From the NCBI GenBank assembly GCA_964420455.1, contig CAYQTO010000004.1, forward strand, positions 5,385-69,384: a stretch of DNA of 64,000 nucleotides. Reading direction: 5' to 3'. The notes below the pieces were generated by a model. The model searched no databases and was not told the DNA's origin. It was given only the letters and a program-made list of their open reading frames with translations. A program made the translations under genes and the position numbers. Below are positions 57,700 through 64,000 of the stretch, piece by piece (positions within the stretch are counted from its first letter, which is position 1; every line of letters begins with the position of its first letter). The stretch comes from an uncultured Candidatus Sumerlaeota bacterium. GTDB lineage: Bacteria; Sumerlaeota; Sumerlaeia; SLMS01.

Positions 57700-58566
57700 A
57701 TGATTCGGAACCTTGCCCTTTGCATGCTGGCGGCCGGCCTTGCCGCACCCGCCACGGCCCAGATCTCTGCGTCGGACTTCAGCGCCACCGCTGCCTTCCG
57801 CGAAGACTTTGCCGGCTCCCTCACCGGCCAGTGGGAAATCAATCCGGACAACACGGCCGCCGTTATCGACGTCCTGACGCCATCGATCTCCACCAGCGGC
57901 AATGCCGTTATCGACGCCACAGACGGCGTTTTGGTGATGGGGAACAATTCGAGCACGTATTCCGGAAACTTTGGCCTTCAATACTACCAGTGCATCAACT
58001 CGGCGAACGACGGTTCGGGCGACGACTTCACGAACCTCGACAGTTGTTACATCCTTGCCCGGATTTACGTGCTCGCCCCTGGGGAAGTCAGTGCGAACAT
58101 TGCGGGGGCCAATGGCCGGTGGCAGGTGGGTCCCTATATCCACGGTGAGTCGAATGTGAGCGGGCCCCTGTTCCGTGCGGCGCCGTTCTACAACAATGAC
58201 GGTACCGGTGGCGGCCCCGGCGCGGGCTGGCGCGGTATGAACGGCCCGGATGGCCTCTTCACCAACACAGGCACGATCGCGTCCTCTGCCTGGCGCCTCT
58301 TCTCGATCATGACCCTGGTCGATGGTGACACAGAGACCGTCGACCCGGTCGCGGTTGGCTTCGACGCCAACGGCGACGGCACCATCGACGAGGGCACCAC
58401 CGACGAGTTCAACATCGTCCAGCGCGACCAGACCGATGATCCCTTTGGCCCCTTCGGCATCTTTACCGTTGGCGACGTCAACATTGACAATAACCCACTC
58501 CTCATTGACTGGATCGAGCTGCGGCTCCCAGCCGGTACCAGCGAGAAGGATTGGCACCTCTACTGA
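57700..58566 (+). CDS. secreted hypothetical protein (beta-rich, possibly concanavalin/LamG-like)
   Basis: Trimmed to MIRNLALCMLAAGLAAPATAQ (signal peptide), with RBS GGAGGA. No family recognised with confidence. Confidence 0.55.
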   Translation: MIRNLALCMLAAGLAAPATAQISASDFSATAAFREDFAGSLTGQWEINPDNTAAVIDVLTPSISTSGNAVIDATDGVLVMGNNSSTYSGNFGLQYYQCINSANDGSGDDFTNLDSCYILARIYVLAPGEVSANIAGANGRWQVGPYIHGESNVSGPLFRAAPFYNNDGTGGGPGAGWRGMNGPDGLFTNTGTIASSAWRLFSIMTLVDGDTETVDPVAVGFDANGDGTIDEGTTDEFNIVQRDQTDDPFGPFGIFTVGDVNIDNNPLLIDWIELRLPAGTSEKDWHLY

Positions 58567-58596
58567 TTCACGTCCTTCAGGGCACGGTCATTCCTC

Positions 58597-58633
58597 GGGG
58601 CGTCGCGTTGATCGCGGCGCCCCGCTTCTTTTT
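58597..58633 (+). terminator. intrinsic terminator after the secreted-protein gene
   Basis: GGGGCGtCGCG-ttgat-CGCGgCGCCCC followed by GCTTCTTTTT. Confidence 0.7.
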
Positions 58634-58702
58634 GCTTCCTCGCCGGATGCCCGGTTGCAACGCGACCTCCAGCGTCAGTAATCTCCTGTCCGGAGGTGGC
58701 AC

Positions 58703-60259
58703 TTGAAAGTAGACCTTACGGACTTCGAACGCCGGATGAGGATCCGCCAGCTGGCTGCGGGCGACTACGAGCAACTCGTCGACCTCCAGCGCCAGTGTTT
58801 CCCCAAGATGGCCCCCTGGGACCGCGAGCATTTCGACACCTTTGTCCAAAAGTTCCCCGAAGGCCAGATCGGTCTCGAGATCGACGGTCAGCTGATTGGC
58901 TCCTGCTCCAGCCTCATTGTCGACTACGACCTCTACTCGGACTGGCACGACTGGCAGACGATCTCGAGCGGTGGCATGCTCGAGAACCACAACCCCAACG
59001 GCGACATGCTCTATGGCATCGAGATCATGGTGCACCCGGAGTTTCGGGGGATGAAGCTCGCCCGGCGGCTCTATGACGCCCGGAAGGAATTGGTCCGCGA
59101 GCGCAACCTCAAGGGCATCGTCATCGGCGGCCGCATCCCCGGATATGCGAATCATCGCGACGAGATGTCGCCCTATGAATACGTCCAGAAGGTCCAGGAG
59201 AAGCAGATGTTCGACCCGGTGCTGACGGCGCAGCTGGCGAACGGGTTCGAGGTCAAGCGGCTGCTGCCCGATTACCTCCCGAGCGACGAGGACAGCGCCG
59301 GATGGGCCACCCACATGGAGTGGCTGAACCTCGACTTCCGCCCGTTCAAGAAGCGCTCCATTCGTCCCGTCCAGCTGGTCCGTATCGCCGCCGTCCAGTA
59401 CCAGATGCGCCAGATCCACCGCTTCGAGGACCTCCAGGAGCAGGTCGACTTTTTTGTCTCCACCGCCTCCGACTACCACGCCGATTTCGTCGTCTTTCCC
59501 GAGCTGATCACCGTCCAGCTCCTTTCCATCATGAAGATCACCCGGGCGAGCGAGGGGGCCCGTCGCCTGACCGAGCACACGCCCCGCTACATGGAGATGT
59601 TCCGCGAGCTCGCCCTCGGCTATAACATCAACATCATTGGCGGGTCCCAGTTCGTGCTCCTCGACGACCGTCTTTACAATGTGGCCTTCCTCTTTCGCCG
59701 TGATGGCACCATCGAGGAGCAGTTCAAGCTCCACATCACGCCGGCCGAGTGGAAGTGGTGGGGGGTCCAGGGCGGCGACCGCGTGCGCGTCTTCGATACC
59801 GACAGTGGCCGCGTCGCCATCCTCATCTGCTACGATATCGAGTTCCCTGAGCTGGCCCGCATCGCCACCAAGAAGGGCGCCCAGATCATCTTCTGCCCCT
59901 TCAACACCGACGAGCGGAACGGATACCTCCGCGTGCGCAATTGCGCACTGGCCCGCTGCATCGAAAACCACCTCTACGTGGTTGCCGCCGGCTGCACCGG
60001 CAACCTTCCCCAGGCGCCCGTCGCCGACCTCCATTACGCCCAGTCCGGCATCTATACACCCTCCGACGTGCCCTTCAGCCGCGACGGCATCGCCGCCGAG
60101 TGCACGCCGAACGTCGAGACCATGATCGTCCAGGACCTCGACCTCGAGCAGCTCCGCCGTCACCGTTACACGGGCACCACGCGCAACTGGCTCGACCGCC
60201 GCCGCGACCTCTACGAGGTCCGCTTTCGCGAAGGCGATGGCCCCGACCAGATCGTCTAG
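58703..60259 (+). CDS. GNAT N-acetyltransferase fused to a carbon-nitrogen hydrolase (nitrilase-superfamily) domain
   Basis: 518 aa with a TTG start 4 nt after the RBS GGAGGTGG. GNAT block: YGIEIMVHPEFRGMKLARRLY. CN-hydrolase Glu/Lys/Cys context: VVFPEL..., VAILICYDIEFPE. Confidence 0.8.
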   Translation: MKVDLTDFERRMRIRQLAAGDYEQLVDLQRQCFPKMAPWDREHFDTFVQKFPEGQIGLEIDGQLIGSCSSLIVDYDLYSDWHDWQTISSGGMLENHNPNGDMLYGIEIMVHPEFRGMKLARRLYDARKELVRERNLKGIVIGGRIPGYANHRDEMSPYEYVQKVQEKQMFDPVLTAQLANGFEVKRLLPDYLPSDEDSAGWATHMEWLNLDFRPFKKRSIRPVQLVRIAAVQYQMRQIHRFEDLQEQVDFFVSTASDYHADFVVFPELITVQLLSIMKITRASEGARRLTEHTPRYMEMFRELALGYNINIIGGSQFVLLDDRLYNVAFLFRRDGTIEEQFKLHITPAEWKWWGVQGGDRVRVFDTDSGRVAILICYDIEFPELARIATKKGAQIIFCPFNTDERNGYLRVRNCALARCIENHLYVVAAGCTGNLPQAPVADLHYAQSGIYTPSDVPFSRDGIAAECTPNVETMIVQDLDLEQLRRHRYTGTTRNWLDRRRDLYEVRFREGDGPDQIV

Positions 60260-60289
60260 ATAACCGCACGCGCCGGATGGTGGCGGGAA

Positions 60290-60904
60290 TCAGCCGGTAT
60301 CTGGTCTGCGTGCACGGACACGGTAATGATGGTCGTCCTCGCTCGCCATGACGTGGGCGAACCCCGCCGCCTGAACAAGCCGTCCCACCTCCTCCACCGG
60401 CGGCAGCATATCCTCGGCAACGGCCGACTTCGACCGATGGAGGTCGTTCAGCTCGGCCCGGCTGGAGAAGTGCACAATATCGAGCATCCCACCGGGTAGC
60501 AGCAGGTCGCGGCATGCTGCCAAGGTCGCCGCCCAGGGCCGAAGGTGGGGAAAGGTGTTAATGATCAGAAGTTGGTTGAGGAGACCGGGGGAAAACGGGC
60601 TGGCCTGAACGGTCGAGCGCACCAGTGCCACATTTTCCAAACCGGCCAATCGTGCACGGGCTACGCCAAGCATCCCACGGGAAGGATCCATCCCCACGGC
60701 AAGCCCGTCCTTTCCCACCGTCCTTGCGAGCAACTGTGTATATCTGCCGGTTCCGCACCCGGCGTCGAGGACGCGGTCGCCGAGCCGGATGGTGAGGCTC
60801 GCGAGCCAGGGCCCGTAGTAGGGAAACGCGTCCGGCGGCGGGACCTGATCGTCCCACCGCGTGGCCAGGTCGTCAAAGAAGGAGGAGGCGGCGGCGTCCG
60901 TCAG
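60290..60904 (-). CDS. class I SAM-dependent methyltransferase (UbiE/COQ5-like) with no canonical start codon upstream of its SAM-binding motif; putative CTG start overlapping the upstream stop (CTGA)
   Basis: The open frame reads ...LTDAAASSFFDDLATRWDD...RVLDAGCGTGRYTQLLARTVG.... The in-frame stop is at 60922..60920. There is no ATG, GTG or TTG before the TTG at 60733, which lies after motif I. Confidence 0.65.
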   Translation of the reverse strand: MTDAAASSFFDDLATRWDDQVPPPDAFPYYGPWLASLTIRLGDRVLDAGCGTGRYTQLLARTVGKDGLAVGMDPSRGMLGVARARLAGLENVALVRSTVQASPFSPGLLNQLLIINTFPHLRPWAATLAACRDLLLPGGMLDIVHFSSRAELNDLHRSKSAVAEDMLPPVEEVGRLVQAAGFAHVMASEDDHHYRVRARRPDTG

Positions 60905-61461
60905 GCCGCCGAATCCGGGTCAAAATCGCGAAAGAACCTAAGGAGAACCGGCAGCACCAACAGGTTGACCGACAGGCCGACGATGCCCAAGGAGGCCCCG
61001 GCCACCGCCGCCGAGGTGCCCGCGCCGAGGACCGCCATCAGGAGCACGACGGCCACCGCGCGGTTCGCCACGATGCCGGCAAGGACCAGACCCCAAAGGG
61101 GAAGCGCGGTCGTCCGGTTCAGCAGGCGCACCGCCAGCACCGTCGCGAGGCCCTCGGCCACGAGGATCGGCAGAATCGGTGGGGCCATCGGCGGCATGCC
61201 GGTGATCAGGAACGAGGAGACGGGGAGGACGACCGCCGCGCCGAGGGCGAGCGGGAGCGGCAACAGGAACGCACCGAGAAAGACGGGAATCGCGAGGGGC
61301 ATCAACACGGGCCCCAGGTTGCCCCAGGGCAGCAGGTGCACCAGGGCGGGAAGGAGGAAGGCGAGACCTGCCAAGGCCACGGCACGGATCAGTGCATCCG
61401 CCGAGGAGGGCTTGGCCAGTGGCAGGATGGAGGGGGCATTCATGCGGGCCGCATGGGACAT
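60901..61461 (-). CDS. polytopic membrane protein (ECF-transporter S-component-like; tentative)
   Basis: Trimmed to MSHAARMNAPS..., with GGAGG 10 nt upstream. About 6 hydrophobic segments; LLPWGNLGPVLMPLAIPVFLGAFLL resembles S-component patterns. Confidence 0.45.
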   Translation of the reverse strand: MSHAARMNAPSILPLAKPSSADALIRAVALAGLAFLLPALVHLLPWGNLGPVLMPLAIPVFLGAFLLPLPLALGAAVVLPVSSFLITGMPPMAPPILPILVAEGLATVLAVRLLNRTTALPLWGLVLAGIVANRAVAVVLLMAVLGAGTSAAVAGASLGIVGLSVNLLVLPVLLRFFRDFDPDSAA

Positions 61462-61489
61462 TTGGATCGGACCTCCAATGGGTAAATTT

Positions 61490-62095
61490 TCAGGGTGCGT
61501 CCGGGTTGATCGCGTTGTCCGCAAACCGCTGGCTGCGGACGATGTCGCCATCGCTGACAGTTCCGTTGGTCGGGTCGTAAGCGATGTTGAGCTTGATGTC
61601 TGTGCCGCGGTCGCGGTCGGGGCCAGCAGAAACAAGGCGCCATTCGCCCCACGCGGGGAGCAACTGCGCGGCGAAGGGCGGCCCGGGGGAAGGGAAATTG
61701 CCGACGTGCTGGCGCATGTTCAGGTACTCGATGAGCCGAAGCTCTGAAAGTCCGGCAAAATCCGTCGCAAAAACGTCCGGCAGGCGGGTGGTCAGGTAGG
61801 CGATCGGGGTGCTGATGCGGGGACTGACGAAAGCCATCTGGTCGTTGAAGTCGTTCACGGTGGCGGGAATCTCCGGGATGCCCGCGCTTGAGATGCGACC
61901 GTAGACCGGATAGACGTTGTTGTCGAGGGCGTAGGCCTCGAGGGCGGTGGCGAAGCTCCGCATGTCCGCCTGGGCGCGGCTGACCTTCGACCGGGTCTGC
62001 GCCTCAAGGAAGTTCGGCACCGCAATGGCCGCAAGGATCGCAATGATCGCCACGACGATCAACAGCTCGATGAGAGTAAAGGCGCGTGCCGACAC
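61490..62095 (-). CDS. type II secretion/type IV pilin-like pseudopilin (GspG-like, prepilin-type N-terminal methylation domain)
   Basis: MSARAFTLIELLIVVAIIAILAAIAVPNFLEAQTRSKVSRAQADMRS.... The C-terminal LVSAGPDRDRGTD...SDGDIV is GspG-like. Position -1 of the cleavage site is Ala rather than Gly. Confidence 0.8.
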   Translation of the reverse strand: MSARAFTLIELLIVVAIIAILAAIAVPNFLEAQTRSKVSRAQADMRSFATALEAYALDNNVYPVYGRISSAGIPEIPATVNDFNDQMAFVSPRISTPIAYLTTRLPDVFATDFAGLSELRLIEYLNMRQHVGNFPSPGPPFAAQLLPAWGEWRLVSAGPDRDRGTDIKLNIAYDPTNGTVSDGDIVRSQRFADNAINPDAP

Positions 62096-62171
62096 TTGGT
62101 TCCCCTATGTGAAAATCGGGCAGAGGAGACAGCAGCTGGGCGATTGTGGTCAAGTGCCACAATGGTGACGC

Positions 62172-63539
62172 TCAGCGCGTGATGGCGAGGCGAAATCCGA
62201 GGTTGCTGCCCCGGCTGAAGGGGAGTCCCTCGAGCCGTTGGGCAGAGCGGCAGTTTCCCGCCTCGGAGAACCATCCACCGCCCCGCAGGGTTCGCGTGTC
62301 CCCCATTGCCGGTCCCGTGGGATTGGTCTTCGGCTGTGCCGTGTACGGACCCCCGCGGTCGTGGCACCACTCCCAAACGTTGCCCGCCATGTCATAAGCC
62401 CCCACCGGCGATGGCGAATCCACCGTGGCCTGGCCGGTGAGGGTGAGCGTCGTTGACCCGTCGAAGAAGCCCACCGGCGAAGTGAAGGGCGGCGCCGCGA
62501 GCCCCACCGGATTGTTGTTCAGGAGACACGCCCGCGTCGTCGGCAGGTCGTCTGCCACCACGCCATAGATCCAGTGGCGGCTTCCGTCCCAGGCCGCGGC
62601 GCGTTCCCACTCCGATTCCGTGGGCAGGCGATACCCGGCGGCGTACTGAACGCCCGGCGTCCCGGGTTCCGCGTCCACGAGTTCCCACGCGCCGAGATCA
62701 TAGGCCCGGGGGCGCCCCTCGCGTTCCGACAGAAAGTTGCAGAACGCCACCGCGCCATACCAGGTCACGTTATGGACCGGGTGATCGCCGAGGTCCTCGA
62801 GGCCGGCGGCGGCTGGCCGTGTCACCGGCAGGAAACCGGCCGGCGTCCACTCCACATCCGACGTTCCGTCCGCGATGAAGGCGAGCGGCTGGGGATCGCC
62901 GGCCGTTGGCGCCAGCACCAGCGTCCCCGTTGTGTTATACACGTCCCCCTCCGCCGAGGCCACAATACGCCCCCGCGCCAGCGCCCAATTCATCACCTCC
63001 GCGAACTGTGCGTTGGTTACTTCGAAACGCCCAATTTCGTAAGCCGAGAGGGTGACCTCGTGGCGGGGATCCTCGAAGTCCGTTCCGAAAGTGGCATCGT
63101 CGCCCGTGTCTGTTCGACCCATGGTGAAGGTCGACGCCGGGACGCTGACGAATTCGGCAAAGGCCCCCGGCGGGGGAGGAGGCGCCTCGGTTGCGGTGAG
63201 CACAACGGTCGCCTCGGGCCAGACAACTTCCCCGAGGTCCGCACGCGCGTCCCAGGTGATCGTCCTGCCTTCGCCGGGAAGGATGCCGCCCCCAACATCG
63301 CCGGAAAGGAACGACCCATCGGGGTAATGGAGATTCTCGTCGGTGGGCCCATCGGCGACGCCCATCGAGAGATACACCGGATTGTCCGCGCCGGTCAGGT
63401 CGTAGGTCACGTCGACCAGCCCCGAGTCGTCCGGCCGCTGGGACGCGACCACATTCGAGACGAGCGGCTGCGTATAGACGTTTCGTACCAGGCCGAGGCA
63501 GGCCAGGGCAGCTAGCGCGATGATCCGGAGGCGCGTCAT
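62172..63539 (-). CDS. secreted FGE-sulfatase (SUMF1/formylglycine-generating enzyme-like) domain protein with N-terminal Ig-like domain
   Basis: Trimmed to MTRLRIIALAALACLGLV. Shows HEVTLSAYEIGRFEVTNAQF, HPVHNVTWYGAVAFCNFLS, GYRLPTESEWERAA, GNVWEWCHD, RGGGW and LGFRLA. Confidence 0.8.
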   Translation of the reverse strand: MTRLRIIALAALACLGLVRNVYTQPLVSNVVASQRPDDSGLVDVTYDLTGADNPVYLSMGVADGPTDENLHYPDGSFLSGDVGGGILPGEGRTITWDARADLGEVVWPEATVVLTATEAPPPPPGAFAEFVSVPASTFTMGRTDTGDDATFGTDFEDPRHEVTLSAYEIGRFEVTNAQFAEVMNWALARGRIVASAEGDVYNTTGTLVLAPTAGDPQPLAFIADGTSDVEWTPAGFLPVTRPAAAGLEDLGDHPVHNVTWYGAVAFCNFLSEREGRPRAYDLGAWELVDAEPGTPGVQYAAGYRLPTESEWERAAAWDGSRHWIYGVVADDLPTTRACLLNNNPVGLAAPPFTSPVGFFDGSTTLTLTGQATVDSPSPVGAYDMAGNVWEWCHDRGGPYTAQPKTNPTGPAMGDTRTLRGGGWFSEAGNCRSAQRLEGLPFSRGSNLGFRLAITR

Positions 63540-63541
63540 GC

Positions 63542-63754
63542 CTAACGGAGCCTCCACTGGGTGGTCTGGTTGCCCCCGCGCGTATCCAACCGAAAGGCGG
63601 GGGAGGTCTCGCTCGTGCCTGGGCCGATGACGACCTTCGCGACCGGCTCCCGGGACACCCCCGCGGTCTCCGCTACCGAAAGCACCGCAATCGATCCCCC
63701 CGACAGGACGAGAAAACCGAGCAGCAGCATTCTCCACTTGTTCTCTTTCATCAC
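63542..63754 (-). CDS. small hypothetical membrane/secreted protein
   Basis: 70-aa ORF (MMKENKWRMLLLGFLVLSGGSIAVLSVAE...) ending 2 nt before the FGE-like gene start. Confidence 0.35.
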   Translation of the reverse strand: MMKENKWRMLLLGFLVLSGGSIAVLSVAETAGVSREPVAKVVIGPGTSETSPAFRLDTRGGNQTTQWRLR

Positions 63755-63823
63755 TCCGCCTCCGGCCGGGATTTCTCAAGCCAAGCTGGGATGTGGTGAT
63801 GTGTGACCGGACATTGACAAGCT

Positions 63824-64000
63824 CTATCGCAGGGCGGCGTTCCAGTCGGACTCGCGGAGGTGACGCTGGAGCGCCTCGAGGGCCGACTCGATCTGGCGCC
63901 GGTCCTCCGTCTCGGCCAGGGGCACATCGTTCCGGCCCAACGCATCGAGTCGCGCAATCACCTCGCCGATCTTTAGATGTTGGGCCTCCGCCGCCGGTTG
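63824..64000 (-). CDS. 3' end of a gene running off the window (helical C-terminus; identity unknown, faintly Hsp70-lid-like)
   Basis: The open frame to the window edge reads ...AEAQHLKIGEVIARLDALGRNDVPLAETEDRRQIESALEALQRHLRESDWNAALR*. It is too short for assignment. Confidence 0.3.
   Translation of the reverse strand, partial: QPAAEAQHLKIGEVIARLDALGRNDVPLAETEDRRQIESALEALQRHLRESDWNAALR

Noticed and set aside
54874-58557. A 1227-aa ORF antisense to gyrA and the downstream secreted-protein gene. Similar giant antisense ORFs occur at 12809..14968, 5577..7955, 23886..26165, 35969..37801, 42069..43811, 58577..60163, 33410..34717, 37684..39129, 39910..41247 and 44230..45543.
   Set aside because: These are shadow ORFs typical of high-GC DNA. 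They are Arg/Gly/Ala/Pro/Val-rich, lack recognisable motifs, and each lies opposite a gene with unmistakable conserved motifs (gyrA, GH3, GGDEF/EAL, clpB, aspS and others).

Overview
This is a high-GC (about two-thirds G+C by eye), gene-dense bacterial chromosomal window. I call about 50 protein-coding genes on both strands and find no rRNA, tRNA, CRISPR array or recognisable mobile element. Nearly every real gene carries a long antisense shadow ORF, as expected at this GC content.

Content is mostly core or housekeeping:
- Information processing and metabolism: tgt, aspS, clpB, gyrA, pyrC-like, ilvE-like, cstA, an HU/IHF-type protein, an RsmC-like methyltransferase and a PpiD-like chaperone.
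- Transport: a ZnuABC-type metal uptake operon whose ATPase gene is frameshifted, a sugar ABC transporter without an ATPase gene, and an orphan RND pump.
- Signalling: a PAS/GAF/GGDEF/EAL protein, two unusual response regulators and a sigma-54 enhancer-binding protein.
- Envelope and secreted proteins of the kind common in PVC-superphylum-like genomes: a GspG-like pseudopilin, an FGE-sulfatase-domain protein, a peptidase-C25-like giant lipoprotein and a DUF4912 protein. This taxonomic hint is weak.

Main signals not explained by ordinary annotation:
1. The asymmetric octamer GTATAGAC/GTCTATAC occurs 20 times. Base composition predicts about one copy. Nineteen copies sit inside CDSs in three different reading-frame contexts and use otherwise rare codons.
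2. A candidate chaperone regulon. A perfect palindrome GTGCGACGTCGCAC lies upstream of clpB. Its half-site CGTCGCA is repeated four times between two divergent sigma-54-like promoters, which drive an hsp20 pair and a Zn-metallopeptidase gene. A sigma-54 activator with an unassigned N-terminal domain lies about 1.5 kb away.
3. A roughly 210-nt terminator-bounded structured RNA candidate upstream of gyrA, and a promoter-leader-terminator arrangement upstream of a hypothetical gene.
4. A conserved 18/21-nt intergenic box.
5. Several atypical gene architectures: LarC N-domain only, an AspRS insertion, a methyltransferase with no canonical start codon, and an orphan serine-palmitoyltransferase-like gene.

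All functional calls rest on motif recognition by eye. No database search was run.
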